Source: Gammaproteobacteria bacterium (GTDB taxonomy: Bacteria; Pseudomonadota; Gammaproteobacteria; GCA-001735895). From it: a DNA stretch of 44,681 nt. Position numbers and translations under genes: made by a program. Position 1 is the stretch's first letter. Every line of letters starts with the position of its first letter. A model generated the notes under the pieces. It saw nothing but the letters and a program-made list of their open reading frames with translations. It made no database searches and had not been told where the DNA came from. The stretch spans positions 1 through 44,681 of the forward strand of contig JAACFA010000035.1 of assembly GCA_009937625.1 (NCBI GenBank). The letters are read 5' to 3'. Shown here piece after piece: positions 1-10,215 of the stretch.

Positions 1-133
1 TCGCCGCGGGCGCGCCGATGAGGACGATATCCGCGTTGCGGGTGTCCCCGGGCTCGGCGACGGGCAGGTCGAAAAAACCGCCGCTGGGTGCGCCGCCGAA
101 CATGGATTTCATTTTGGGAGTTTTCTGATTCAT
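1..133 (-). CDS. Arginase/agmatinase (ureohydrolase) family protein, N-terminal fragment running off the window edge
   Basis: Manual translation from ATG at 133 gives MNQKTPKMKSMFGGAPSGGFFDLPVAEPGDTRNADIVLIGAPAA, resembling the F(L)GLP...ADIVxxGAP start of ureohydrolases. It begins 16 nt downstream of the cyclase stop. Confidence 0.5.
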   Translation of the reverse strand, partial: MNQKTPKMKSMFGGAPSGGFFDLPVAEPGDTRNADIVLIGAPAA

Positions 134-149
134 GCTGTTGCTCTTTATG

Positions 150-1919
150 CTAAGCGTCGCTAAGCGACACCAGCGTGTACAATTTTATCGACCGGGTCTG
201 GCCGCGTGCCGTGGTTTCACCGATTAGTTTAAGCTCGTCTTCCGACAGATGTGCGACCGCCGATTCCGACATTAGCAGACGGGTTCCGTATTCCTTGTTC
301 ATCGCTTCCAGGCGCGCCGCAAGATTGACCGCGTCGCCGTGCACCGTGTAGTTCAGCCGGCCCTTGGCGCCAATCGCGCCGGCGACGACCTTGCCGCTGT
401 TGATGCCGATTCGGATATTGAGCGGTTCACCGGCAAACTCGCTGCCGGCGACCGAAGTCAGCATGTCCTGTGCGGCCAGCACGGCATTGCGCGCATGCTC
501 GTCGTCTGCCACCGGAACATTGAAGGTAGCCAGGATAGCGTCGCCCTGAAACTGGGTGACTACGCCGCCATGTTGTTCGAGGATCTCCACCATGCGCGAG
601 AAAAAGGCGTTCAGCACTTCGACGATCTTGACCGGCCCCAGCGTTTCGGTGAGCCGGGTAAAGGCTTCGATGTCGCAAAACAGGATCGTGGCCTCGCTTT
701 GCTGGACCTCGAGATCGCCGCCGCCGGCCAACAGCGATCTGGCGACTTCCTCGGGAACGAATCGACCCAGCGTGTCGCGTATAAGCCTGCGGTCGCGCAG
801 TCCGCTGACCATGTTGTTGAAGGCCACGCCAGCATCGTCCAGCTCGCGAATACGGCTACCGCTCAAGGGTTCGATTCGGTCCAGCTCGCCAGCGTCGACC
901 GCGTCCGCGGCCCGCACGATCGCCTTGACCGGGGAACTAACCTTGCGGCCGACGATGATCGACGCGATGATCGCGAGCACGAGTACGATCAACCCGGCGG
1001 TTAGAGCCCGGATAGCCCGCTCGGCCTGCTCGTTCGGCATCAGGTTGGTGTTGATATAGGCACCGATAGTCCAGTCAGCGGGCCCGAAACGTTTGATATT
1101 GCGGTACAGGTACAGGTAGTAGTTGTCGCCCCAGAAGAGACCGCTGGCCTCGGTATCCGCCAGTGCCGACGAAATAAAGGCCGCATCCTCGTCCGGTGAC
1201 CAGATGCGTTGTAGTACCAGGTCGTTGAGTTGCTCGAGCCGCGGCAGCGGTTGTTGTTCATTGCTGCCGGTGATCGCCGGATGCGCCAGCACGTAGTCGC
1301 GGTCGTACAAAACAAATGGAGTCACGCCGGTATCCGCGTAACTTCGCGCCAGGAAGGCCGAAAGCTCCTGCACCGTTACGATCTGGGCGAAAATGCCGAT
1401 AAATTCTCCCTTGTCATCGTACAACGGAATATCGTGCAGCAGGGTCGTGGCGCTAACCGTATCGGTAAAAATCGGGTCGCGCCAGGCCGCTGTGCCGTCG
1501 GTTTTGGCCTGTTCGAGGTAGTCCCGTATCCAGGGTCTTTGCGACCAATCCTCGGTAATTGCGATCCGTTCATCGCGGTGCCAGCGACGAGCCAGGTTGT
1601 CGGGGGTGATTATGGCGATGCCCGCGACCTGGGGCGTCGCCGCGAGGACGCCATAAAAATAGTCGTCCAGTGCCTCGAGATCCGACAGATCCTTGATATC
1701 GCGTGCCACCCAATGCGCCTGGTCACGTACCGGCTGCAGGCGCGCGTCGAGGCTCTGTTCCATCTGGTCGATCAGGCCTTGTGCCTCGTTGGCCCACAGT
1801 TGACGGGTGGACTGCACGGCCTGGCCGAAACCGAGAAGCAGTACGATGGCGACGGTAAAGGCGAGCAGGCCGCTGGTCCCGAACACGGTGATCGCGGTAA
1901 TCGGAATACGATATTTCAA
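150..1919 (-). CDS. Membrane-bound class III adenylate/guanylate cyclase (TM, periplasmic Cache-like domain, TM, HAMP, cyclase)
   Basis: Two TM segments, HAMP (SSPVKAIVRAADAVDAGEL...ELDDAGVAFNNM), cyclase motifs ILFCDIEAFT, QFQGDA, RIGINSG and YTVHGDAVNLAARLE. Confidence 0.92.
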   Translation of the reverse strand: MKYRIPITAITVFGTSGLLAFTVAIVLLLGFGQAVQSTRQLWANEAQGLIDQMEQSLDARLQPVRDQAHWVARDIKDLSDLEALDDYFYGVLAATPQVAGIAIITPDNLARRWHRDERIAITEDWSQRPWIRDYLEQAKTDGTAAWRDPIFTDTVSATTLLHDIPLYDDKGEFIGIFAQIVTVQELSAFLARSYADTGVTPFVLYDRDYVLAHPAITGSNEQQPLPRLEQLNDLVLQRIWSPDEDAAFISSALADTEASGLFWGDNYYLYLYRNIKRFGPADWTIGAYINTNLMPNEQAERAIRALTAGLIVLVLAIIASIIVGRKVSSPVKAIVRAADAVDAGELDRIEPLSGSRIRELDDAGVAFNNMVSGLRDRRLIRDTLGRFVPEEVARSLLAGGGDLEVQQSEATILFCDIEAFTRLTETLGPVKIVEVLNAFFSRMVEILEQHGGVVTQFQGDAILATFNVPVADDEHARNAVLAAQDMLTSVAGSEFAGEPLNIRIGINSGKVVAGAIGAKGRLNYTVHGDAVNLAARLEAMNKEYGTRLLMSESAVAHLSEDELKLIGETTARGQTRSIKLYTLVSLSDA

Positions 1920-1955
1920 CGAGGTTGCTAACTTAGGGCTTAATCAGGGGACAGG

Positions 1956-4900
1956 TCAAGGTTTGTAAATATCTACGCTATCGCCACCGTTGAATTTTTG
2001 GAACAGATTCGCCCGCTCCGACGCGACCGTCTCGATGCTGGCCTGTTTGACGTGTCCGAAGCCGCGAATCCTTTGCGGCAGGCGCGCAATTTCGACGGCT
2101 GTGTCGAAATTTTGCGGCTTGATGTCATTCAGCAGTTGCTCGACATCCCGCTCGTAGTCGGCGATAAGGCGCCGTTCGAGTTTGCGTTCGGCGCTGTAGC
2201 CGAAAACGTCCAGCGCGCCTCCGCGGAATTTTTTTAACTTTGCCAGCAGGCGGAACAGGGATAGCACCCAGCCGCCAAATTCGCGCTTCCGCGGAATGCC
2301 GGTTTGTGGGTCGCGTTTCGCCAGCAAGGGTGGCGCCAGGTGAAAACGCAGTCGGTAGTCACCTTCGAACTGGGTTGCCAGGGTCTTTTCGAAATCACCG
2401 TTGCTGTAAAGCCTGGCGACCTCGTACTCGTCCTTGTAAGCGAGCAGTTGAAAATAACTGCGCGCCACGGCCTCGGTCAAAGCGTAACTGCAGGCGGCGC
2501 CCGGCGCCTCCAGCGACTGTTCCAGCGCTCGCACCCGCTGCAGCAGCTTCAGGTAACGGTCGGCATAAGCCTGGTCCTGGTACTCGACCAGGCAGGCGCT
2601 GCGGTAATCGATGATTTCGTCGAGATCGGTTTGTTCAGCGTCGGTTTGATGTGGCTTTTCGAAACCGGCTGCACGCCTCACGGCGTCGGCGTCGACGGCA
2701 AAGCGGCGGCCCCACAGAAAGGCCCGTCGATTTTTTTCTACCGCGACCCCGTTCAGCTCGATTGCCTCGAGAATCGAATCCGCTTCCAGCGGCACCAGGC
2801 CGTTCTGGTAAGCCACACCCAACAGCAGGAAGTTCGAAAATATCGCGTCGCCGAGCAGGCTGGTGGCCAGCCGCGTGGCGTTGACGAAATGGCCTCGCCC
2901 CGGTTCGATCTGCTCCTCGATCGTCTGCTGCATATCGTTGACCGGGAAGATGGCATCCCTGTCATGGGTGAAATCGGCGGTTGGCGACAGATGGTTGTTG
3001 ATCACGGCATGGGAATGCCCGTGATTGAGCTTGGCCAGCGCGTCGTTGGCCGCCGAAACCACGAGATCGGCGCCGAGCAGCAGGCTGGCTTCGCCCGAGG
3101 GGATGCGTACCGAATGGATCTCCTGTTGCGTCGCGGCGATGCGCACATGCCCGGTCACGGCACCGAACTTTTGCGCGAGCCCGGTCTGGTTCAGCACCGA
3201 TACCCCTTTCTGTTCGATGTGTGCCGCCATACCCAGCACCGAGCCGACGGTTAGTATGCCGGTGCCGCCAATGCCGGTGATCAGGATGCTGAAGGTACCG
3301 ACCAGGGGCTGCTGCCGCGGTTGCGGCGGCGCCGCCCAGCTGTCGTCGCTGGCCTGTGTCGGACTCCTTCGTAACTGCCCGCCGTGCACGCTAACGAAGC
3401 TCGGGCAAAATCCACGCAGGCAGGAGAAATCCTTGTTACAGGCGCTCTGGTCGATCGCGCGCTTGCGCCCCAGTTCCGTCTTTTTCGGGATGATCGACAG
3501 GCAGTTGGATTGCACCCCGCAGTCGCCACAGCCTTCGCATACCGCGGCATTGATGAAGGCGCGTTTCGGTGGATCCACCAGGATGCCTTTTTTGCGCCTG
3601 CGCCTTTTTTCCGCGGCGCAGGTTTGTGCGTAAATTAGCGCGGTGCATCCCTCTGTATCGCGCAGTTCGCACTGGATCGCCTCGAGTTGAGCGCGGTGCG
3701 AAACGGTAACCCCGGCGCCGGCGACGCTGCGGTAGATTTCCGGCTCGTCGGATACCACGGCGATACGTTTGAGTCCCTCGGCGCGCAACTGTTCGACGAT
3801 CCGGGACACCGATAAGCTCCCATCGAAGGGTTGCCCACCGGTCATGGCGACCGCGTCGTTGTAGAGAATCTTGTAGGTAATATTGACCCCGGCCGCGACC
3901 GCCGCGCGTATCGCCAGCAGGCCTGAGTGGAAGTAAGTGCCGTCGCCCAGGTTTTGAAACACGTGCTTGTTATCGGTGAAAGGCGCCTGGCCAAGCCAGG
4001 TCGCACCTTCGCCACCCATCTGGGTAAAGGTGACGGTGCCCCGATCCATCCAGGTCGCCATGTAGTGGCAACCGATGCCGCCATAGGCCCGGCTGCCCTC
4101 GGGCAGCACGGTCGAAGTGTTGTGCGGGCATCCCGAGCAGAACCAGGGTTTGCGTTCCACGCGGTTTCGAGGCTTTGCGAGCGCGGCTTCCTTGGCTTCG
4201 AGAAATTTCAGCCGCTGCTGAATCGATTCGCTATCGAAAAATCGTGCAATGCGCGCCGCGATAACGCGTGCGATCATGCCCGGGGTCAGTTCGCCGAGGT
4301 TGGTAACCAGCAGGTTGCGATCCTCGTCGTATTCACCGACCACGCGGGGTCGGCGATCGACCGGCCAGTTGTAGAGTTGTCCGGTCAACTGGTCCTCGAT
4401 GACGCTGCGTTTTTCCTCGACCACCAGGATTTCCTCGAGCCCATCGGCAAACTTGTGCGTCATGACCGGTTCCAGCGGCCAGCTCATGCCGACCTTGTAC
4501 AGGCGGATGCCGATCTTCGCCGCCAGCCGTTGATCGATGCCGAGGTCGCTAAGCGCCTGCAGGGTGTCGAGATAAGATTTGCCGGTGGTGACGATCCCGA
4601 GGCGCGCATTATCGCTGTCGAGCTCGATGCTGTTCAGGTTGTTGGCGCGCGCAAACGCGCGGGCGGCGTATATCTTGTGACGCTGCAGGCGTTCTTCCTG
4701 CGCCATCGGCGAGTCGGGCCAGCGAGTATGCACACCGTCTTGCGGCAATTCGTAATCGTCCGGAATCGCGACCTGGACGCGCCCGGGGTCGATCTCGGCC
4801 GAGATCGCGGCATCCATGTTTTCGGTAATTGCCTTCATCCCGACCCAGCAACCGCTGTAACGCGAAAGCTCCCAGCCGAAGATGCCGAGGTCGAGCACTT

Positions 4901-5423
4901 CCTGCACGCCCGAGGGGTTGAGCACCGGGCTGGTTGCGCCGACGAACATGTGATCGCTCTGGTGGGGCAGGGTTGACGACTTGCAGGCATGGTCGTCGCC
5001 GACCACGGCCAGCACGCCGCCGTAGGGCGAGGTGCCGAAGGCGTTGGCGTGCTTGAGCACGTCCATGCTGCGGTCGAGCCCCGGCCCCTTGCCGTACCAC
5101 AGGCCGAACACGCCGTCGTACTTTGCGCCCGGAAACAGCCCCACCTGCTGACTACCCCAGACCGCGGTCATCGCCAGGTCTTCGTTAACGCCGGGCAGAA
5201 AATGAATATTGTGCGCCTCGGTAAAGTTTTTGGCCTTCCACAAGGCCTGGTCGAGCCCGCCGATTGGCGAGCCGCGATAACCCGAGATGAAACAGGCCGT
5301 GTTGAGGCCGCGATCGAGATCGCGCTGATGCTGCAGGATGGGTAATCGGACCAGGGCTTCGATGCCGGTCATGAAGGCGCGGCCCTTGTCCAGCGTATAC
5401 TTATCGTCGAGAGAGACTTTCAT
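1956..5423 (-). CDS. ior: Indolepyruvate:ferredoxin oxidoreductase family protein (fused alpha/beta)
   Basis: 1155 aa; SGYRGSPIGG, TPP motif GDGTYFHSG..N, FCSGCPHN, ferredoxin motifs CEGCGDC and CNKDFSCLRGFCP, and a GIGGTG domain. Confidence 0.93.
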   Translation of the reverse strand: MKVSLDDKYTLDKGRAFMTGIEALVRLPILQHQRDLDRGLNTACFISGYRGSPIGGLDQALWKAKNFTEAHNIHFLPGVNEDLAMTAVWGSQQVGLFPGAKYDGVFGLWYGKGPGLDRSMDVLKHANAFGTSPYGGVLAVVGDDHACKSSTLPHQSDHMFVGATSPVLNPSGVQEVLDLGIFGWELSRYSGCWVGMKAITENMDAAISAEIDPGRVQVAIPDDYELPQDGVHTRWPDSPMAQEERLQRHKIYAARAFARANNLNSIELDSDNARLGIVTTGKSYLDTLQALSDLGIDQRLAAKIGIRLYKVGMSWPLEPVMTHKFADGLEEILVVEEKRSVIEDQLTGQLYNWPVDRRPRVVGEYDEDRNLLVTNLGELTPGMIARVIAARIARFFDSESIQQRLKFLEAKEAALAKPRNRVERKPWFCSGCPHNTSTVLPEGSRAYGGIGCHYMATWMDRGTVTFTQMGGEGATWLGQAPFTDNKHVFQNLGDGTYFHSGLLAIRAAVAAGVNITYKILYNDAVAMTGGQPFDGSLSVSRIVEQLRAEGLKRIAVVSDEPEIYRSVAGAGVTVSHRAQLEAIQCELRDTEGCTALIYAQTCAAEKRRRRKKGILVDPPKRAFINAAVCEGCGDCGVQSNCLSIIPKKTELGRKRAIDQSACNKDFSCLRGFCPSFVSVHGGQLRRSPTQASDDSWAAPPQPRQQPLVGTFSILITGIGGTGILTVGSVLGMAAHIEQKGVSVLNQTGLAQKFGAVTGHVRIAATQQEIHSVRIPSGEASLLLGADLVVSAANDALAKLNHGHSHAVINNHLSPTADFTHDRDAIFPVNDMQQTIEEQIEPGRGHFVNATRLATSLLGDAIFSNFLLLGVAYQNGLVPLEADSILEAIELNGVAVEKNRRAFLWGRRFAVDADAVRRAAGFEKPHQTDAEQTDLDEIIDYRSACLVEYQDQAYADRYLKLLQRVRALEQSLEAPGAACSYALTEAVARSYFQLLAYKDEYEVARLYSNGDFEKTLATQFEGDYRLRFHLAPPLLAKRDPQTGIPRKREFGGWVLSLFRLLAKLKKFRGGALDVFGYSAERKLERRLIADYERDVEQLLNDIKPQNFDTAVEIARLPQRIRGFGHVKQASIETVASERANLFQKFNGGDSVDIYKP

Positions 5424-5566
5424 AACACCACCAAACCAGCGCGAGGGAATCGCATAATTTTAGACCTGTCGAGCGGGAAAAAAATTTCCCATTTGTTGTA
5501 AAAGGAATGTTTTATGGAAAATTATTCCTATATTATTGGAATAATTAAAATTTTATTCCAATATTA

Positions 5567-6052
5567 ATGAATTTATCGCCAATCGATGTCAAGATACTGG
5601 CCCTGTTACAGCAGGACGCTTCGCTCACGGCCGCCGAGATCGCCGAGCAGGTAAACCTGTCTGCCTCTCCCTGCTGGCGCCGGATCAACCGCCTCGAACG
5701 GGAGGGTGTCATCGATCGCAAGGTGGCGCTGCTCGACGCCGAAAAACTGGGCCTGGGGCTGGTTGTCTTCTCGCGTGTCAGCCTCGAGAAAAACGACGAG
5801 GTCGCGTTGCATGAATTCGAGGCGCGGGTACGCGAGTATCCGGAGGTCGTCGAGTGTTACACCGTGACCGGTTCCGCGGACTATTTTCTGAAGATTATTA
5901 CCCGGGATATCAAGCACTATGATCGTTTTTTGCGCCGGAAATTGATACAGATACCGCTGGTCAGGGATGTCAATTCCAGTGTTGCGGTGACGCAGATAAA
6001 ATATACCACCGGTCTGCCGCTGGAAACCCAGTTGCAGACCTCGAGCCATTAG
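5567..6052 (+). CDS. Lrp/AsnC family transcriptional regulator, divergent from ior
   Basis: N-terminal HTH (DVKILALLQQDASLT..EIAEQVNLSASPCWRRINRLE) and RAM domain (PEVVECYTVTGSADY); AT-rich intergenic region 5424-5566. Confidence 0.93.
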   Translation: MNLSPIDVKILALLQQDASLTAAEIAEQVNLSASPCWRRINRLEREGVIDRKVALLDAEKLGLGLVVFSRVSLEKNDEVALHEFEARVREYPEVVECYTVTGSADYFLKIITRDIKHYDRFLRRKLIQIPLVRDVNSSVAVTQIKYTTGLPLETQLQTSSH

Positions 6053-6178
6053 CGAGAGAGCAGCTGCCATTTGTGCGCCGATCGTCCCAACCCGGTCGCC
6101 GTGTTACAAGTGCTTGCAGAATAAATAACTTGTAGGCTTAATACGCATTTCCCACGGTTTGATAGGTGCTTTCAGCCA

Positions 6179-6622
6179 ATGATCAACAAGATTCTGGTTG
6201 CTACCGACGCGTCCGCGGCGTCGGGCCGCGCGGTCAGTTTTGCTGCACAATTGGCAGTGATACACGAAGCGGAATTGCTGATCTTGAACGTCATTCGGGA
6301 CATGCAGCTGCCCGACGAACTCAAGAATGCGCCCGAGTTCGAATCCTTTAACAACACGCGTGACGACCTGATGCGCCAGGCCGCTGACCGGATCCTGGAC
6401 GAGGCCAGGAAAAAGGCCAAAAAAGCTGGTGCAAAAAAGGTGCAAACCGCTATCGGCAGCGGCGATCCGGCGACCAGCGTCGCGGGTTTTGCCAAGCGCC
6501 GTAAAGTCGACCTGATCGTTGTCGGCACGCGTGGCCTGTCGAAGATCAAGGCTGCCTCGATGGGCAGCGTGTCGCGCAAGCTGCTGGACCTGACCGACGT
6601 CAACTGTGCCGTTATCCGGTAG
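6179..6622 (+). CDS. Universal stress protein (UspA family)
   Basis: KILVATDAS at the N-terminus; GDPA...VDLIVVGTRG....MGSVS ATP-binding motif. Confidence 0.92.
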   Translation: MINKILVATDASAASGRAVSFAAQLAVIHEAELLILNVIRDMQLPDELKNAPEFESFNNTRDDLMRQAADRILDEARKKAKKAGAKKVQTAIGSGDPATSVAGFAKRRKVDLIVVGTRGLSKIKAASMGSVSRKLLDLTDVNCAVIR

Positions 6623-6630
6623 GTTTGGCA

Positions 6631-6731
6631 GTCATCCCCGCGCAGGCTTGCGCGGCCCGGCGGGGATCTTGAGAATCCCTGACGATAACCATCAAAGTAC
6701 ATTGGGAGATCCCCGCTTGCGCGGGGATGAC
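6631..6731. repeat. Inverted pair of GTCAT-tagged REP-like palindromes (REPIN-like)
   Basis: GTCATCCCCGCGCAGGC..GGGGATC (6631-6668, with an insertion) faces GATCCCCGCTTGCGCGGGGATGAC (6708-6731), between convergent usp and tdm. The same unit recurs at 33176 and 37584. Confidence 0.75.
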
Positions 6732-6771
6732 TCCTGGCGGGATGGCTCCCGGCGAACAGGACTCTTGTTAA

Positions 6772-9138
6772 TTATTCCGGGGGCGGAACGTCGCGTACTC
6801 TCGATTTGGTCGGATCGTAGAAAGGGAAGGGCACAACTTTCGCCGGCAGACGCTTCTGCTTGCCGTCGAGCTTGCCGACCTCGACTTCGGTGCCGGCCGC
6901 GCTGTGCTCGACCTGGATGCGGCACAGCGCCAGGTTCTTGCGCAGGATTGGCGAGCGCACCGCGCTGGTGATCTCGCCAACCTGGTTACGCCCGATGTCG
7001 ACGCAGTCGCCGTTGGCGGCGAGCTCGTCGCCATTCAATTCGAGACCGACCAGTACCCGTTGCGGATTTTCCTTGCGCCTGACCAGTGACGCCTTGCCGA
7101 TGAAGTCGTCTTCCTTGGTTTTGAGCGGGACGGTAAACCCGATCCCGGCCTCGAACGGGTCGGTTTGATCGCTGAACTCGTAGCCGGCGAAAATCAGGCC
7201 GGCCTCGACGCGCAGCATGTCGAGGGCTTCGAGCCCCAGTGGAGTCAGATCGTAGTCCTTGCCGGCTTCCCAGACCGCGTCCCACACGGCGGGCGCATCC
7301 TTGGGATGGCAGAAAACCTCGTACCCGAGTTCACCGGTGTAGCCGGTGCGCGAAACCACCAGCGGGATGCCGTGTTCGTCGCCGATGCGCGCGATCGAGA
7401 AGCGGAACCATTCGAGTTCGTCGATGGTGGCCTGGTCGGGGCGCGTCCAGATTATCTGGCGCAGGATATCGCGGCTCTTCGGGCCCTGTACCTGCAGGTT
7501 ATGCAACTGGTCGGTCGAGTTTCTCACCCAGGCCTGCAGCCCCAGTTTTTCGGCCTGTTCGCGCAACCAGATTCCGCTCTCGTCGCTACCGCCGATCCAG
7601 CGAAAGTTATCCCGGCCGAGGCGAAACACGGTGCCGTCGTCGATCATGCCGCCGTTTTCGTAACACATCGCGGTATAAACTACCTGACCGACCGCAAGCC
7701 TGCGAATATTGCGCGTGACGCAGGTTTGCATCAGCAACTCCGCGTCGGGACCGGTAACCTCGTACTTGCGCAGTGGCGACAGGTCGATCACGACCGCGCC
7801 CTCGCGGCAGGCCCAGTACTCGTCGAGCGCGCCGTGCTTGGTGTAGCTGTTGGCGAGCCAGTAACCGGCGTACTCGGTGAAGTTACGCGTGTGTTCCGAA
7901 GTGCGGCTGTGAAAGCCGGTTTCCTTTGTCATCTCTTTGTCTGCGTCTGCTGTCATTCTGAATGCCGTCGCTTTGGTAAATGAATTTTTGCCCGGGTAGA
8001 CGCGCAGGTGGATATCGGTCGGGTTCCAGCCGTTAGCGGCGTCGATGTCGCAGGGACAGGCCGACGATACGCACAGGATATCTTTCAGCGCACGCATCAA
8101 TACGTAGTCACCGGGGCGTGACCAGGGTTCGTCGAAGTACATCTGGTTGGCGTCGTCGATCCCGGTGTTGAAGAACAGGTTGATCGCCATCCAGCCCTTG
8201 CGCGCTTCCACGCCGTAGGGTCGCAGCGCCTGGTTGAAGTTGTCCGAACAGTTGACGTGGCCGGGATAACCCATGTCGTCGTAGTACTTGGCGGTGCAGG
8301 CCGTGCCGAAGCTGTCGTGGCGGCCGCAGGTGTCCTGCACGACTTCGAGCATCGCCTCGAAGTTCTGGTCGTAAAACTTGGAGTAGAGACCCGGGGCCGG
8401 GTAGGCGGCGCCGACCACGTGCCGGGTGCCGGTAGCGTCGAGGCAGCGCTCCACGCCTTTTTCCAGCATCGGCGCGTCGAAGCACTGGAGATCCGAGCAT
8501 TCTCGTCCCTCGACGTCGATGATCTGGATGTAGTCGCCGGCCTTGACCTCGTAGGCGTAAGCGGTACGCGCAGCGATGCGCACATCGGCCAGCGGATCGG
8601 CCAGCGGATCGGGCAATCGGATTATCGATTCCCGCTCGGCGCCAGGCTGGCGATGAACGAAGGCGACCAGGTCGGTGGACGTATCCTGCCGGTCGGCGCG
8701 CATATCGCCGCCCGGCGCGGCAACAATGCAGGTAATGTCCTGCTGGGCGGTAAATCGCACCGAATCACCGGCTGGTGACCGATCCGCGAACACGCGGGTG
8801 CTGCGCGCCTGCTCGAGCGATATGCCCTTATCTGCCAGCGCCGCCTGCAATAAACCGGCGCTGCCTGCGCCAGATTCGATAATCTGTTTCAGGCCCTCGC
8901 TGTTGCCGTCGTGGCGAGCACCGATCAACCCGCTGTCGCTGCGACCGTTGCTATCGAATACGCTGATCTCGCCCGGCTGCAGGCCCTCCGGGTTAACCAG
9001 TTCCAGTTCGTCGCCGGCAGCAAGGCTGAGCGCCGTGCTGCCGCCGCCTTTTACCAGGTAACGCTCGATGTTGGTCGGTAGCACGTTGAGGCCGGGTTTG
9101 CGAACCCTTGGCTGGCTGGTGAACAGCGGCTGGCTCAT
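6772..9138 (-). CDS. tdm: Trimethylamine N-oxide demethylase (DUF1989 domain plus GcvT-like aminomethyltransferase)
   Basis: 788 aa; DUF1989-type region with RHDSFGTAC, HVNCSDN and SACPCDIDAANGWNPTDIH, followed by a THF-binding GcvT fold (DLSPLRKYEVTGPDA, SRTGYTGELGYE, LRVEAG). Tmm and GmaS are in the same island. Confidence 0.88.
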   Translation of the reverse strand: MSQPLFTSQPRVRKPGLNVLPTNIERYLVKGGGSTALSLAAGDELELVNPEGLQPGEISVFDSNGRSDSGLIGARHDGNSEGLKQIIESGAGSAGLLQAALADKGISLEQARSTRVFADRSPAGDSVRFTAQQDITCIVAAPGGDMRADRQDTSTDLVAFVHRQPGAERESIIRLPDPLADPLADVRIAARTAYAYEVKAGDYIQIIDVEGRECSDLQCFDAPMLEKGVERCLDATGTRHVVGAAYPAPGLYSKFYDQNFEAMLEVVQDTCGRHDSFGTACTAKYYDDMGYPGHVNCSDNFNQALRPYGVEARKGWMAINLFFNTGIDDANQMYFDEPWSRPGDYVLMRALKDILCVSSACPCDIDAANGWNPTDIHLRVYPGKNSFTKATAFRMTADADKEMTKETGFHSRTSEHTRNFTEYAGYWLANSYTKHGALDEYWACREGAVVIDLSPLRKYEVTGPDAELLMQTCVTRNIRRLAVGQVVYTAMCYENGGMIDDGTVFRLGRDNFRWIGGSDESGIWLREQAEKLGLQAWVRNSTDQLHNLQVQGPKSRDILRQIIWTRPDQATIDELEWFRFSIARIGDEHGIPLVVSRTGYTGELGYEVFCHPKDAPAVWDAVWEAGKDYDLTPLGLEALDMLRVEAGLIFAGYEFSDQTDPFEAGIGFTVPLKTKEDDFIGKASLVRRKENPQRVLVGLELNGDELAANGDCVDIGRNQVGEITSAVRSPILRKNLALCRIQVEHSAAGTEVEVGKLDGKQKRLPAKVVPFPFYDPTKSRVRDVPPPE

Positions 9139-9141
9139 GCC

Positions 9142-9885
9142 TCAGTCCGTTTCCAGCAGATCATCGTGCACCCCGTAAAGGTGTTGCTTGATCAGTTTTA
9201 CCGCGCTGGAGGTGTCGCGGGCGGCAATCGCTTCATACAGCTTGCGATGCTGGCTATTGTAATAATCGATGCGGTCCGGGGTCAGCAGTTTGGACTTCAT
9301 CGTGCGCCATTGCGAGTGGCGCCGTACCTCGCTGATGCGTTCGTACAGCCAGTACATGAGCTTGTTGCGAGAACAGTGCGCCAGCGCCATGTGAAACGCC
9401 GCGTCGCCGCGCGCGAACTTTTCGGGATCGCCCCCGCAGTCCTCGCATTGCCGTAGCGCTTCACGCAGCTCGTCCAGCTCACGCGCGCTGGCGTTGGCAA
9501 TCGCCAGGCGCACCATGTGCGGTTCGATCGCTATCCGCACCTCGTTCATTTCCAGCGGGCTGGTGATGCTGGATATCTCTTGCTGATTGGCGATTTCCCG
9601 GTGGGTGACGTAAGTTCCGCTGCCGACCTGGCGCGTCACCAGGTGCTGTTGTTCCAGGATTTGCAGCACCGAGCGGATGGTACCGCGCGACACCCCGTAC
9701 TCCTCGGCCAGGTTGCGTTCGGCCGGCAGTCTTTCCTCGTAGGCGTAGTCGCCCTCGAGAATACTGCGGCGCAGTTGCGCCGCGACGTTACTGGTGGTTA
9801 CGCCAACGCGATGTCCGCTGCTTTTTCGCTCCGGCCTGGTCTCCGGGTCGGACGACACAAGGTTGCTGCTGTCAGCTGCTTTCAC
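9142..9885 (-). CDS. GntR/FadR-family regulator (TmoR-like), coupled to tdm
   Basis: wHTH (ERLPAERNLAEEYGVSRGTIR) and FCD domain (DAAFHMALAHCSRN). GTG start with GAGGAG RBS; stop is 3 nt before the tdm ATG. Confidence 0.9.
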   Translation of the reverse strand: MKAADSSNLVSSDPETRPERKSSGHRVGVTTSNVAAQLRRSILEGDYAYEERLPAERNLAEEYGVSRGTIRSVLQILEQQHLVTRQVGSGTYVTHREIANQQEISSITSPLEMNEVRIAIEPHMVRLAIANASARELDELREALRQCEDCGGDPEKFARGDAAFHMALAHCSRNKLMYWLYERISEVRRHSQWRTMKSKLLTPDRIDYYNSQHRKLYEAIAARDTSSAVKLIKQHLYGVHDDLLETD

Positions 9886-9927
9886 GCTGATGAACTCCTC
9901 GCATTTAGGTATTATTATGGTACTGTC

Positions 9928-10215
9928 AATTGGTACAATAATGCGTCATTTCGGGGCTTAAATCAAGCCTGTATAGCGGGTAAAAAAACTGGATTCGATA
10001 CTATTGAGATAAAATTGGCACTAAGTCACAGAACTTCGTTGAGGCCTATGGGCTGTAGGTTGAAGTTGAACAAGTCATGCATCAATATACTCTAAGTAGC
10101 TGAACTAAAAGAATTAAATGTATAATAGTTTGATGCGCTTGCGGCCGCACAGTGCGTTTTGCGGCAACATTGGCAGTTACTTCCCGAACATAGACTTGCG
10201 AATTGGTCCACTAAT
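9928..10215. promoter_or_regulatory. Candidate GntR/FadR operator repeats AATTGGTmCAmTAAT in the divergent promoter region
   Basis: AATTGGTACAATAAT (9928-9942) and AATTGGTCCACTAAT (10201-10215) match at 13/15 positions; AATTGGT half-sites are typical of FadR-subfamily operators. Confidence 0.4.

Noticed and set aside
6772-9138. Glycine cleavage T protein or DmdA
   Set aside because: It is about twice the size, has a Cys-containing DUF1989-type N-terminal region, has no gcvH or gcvP nearby, and the context fits Tdm.
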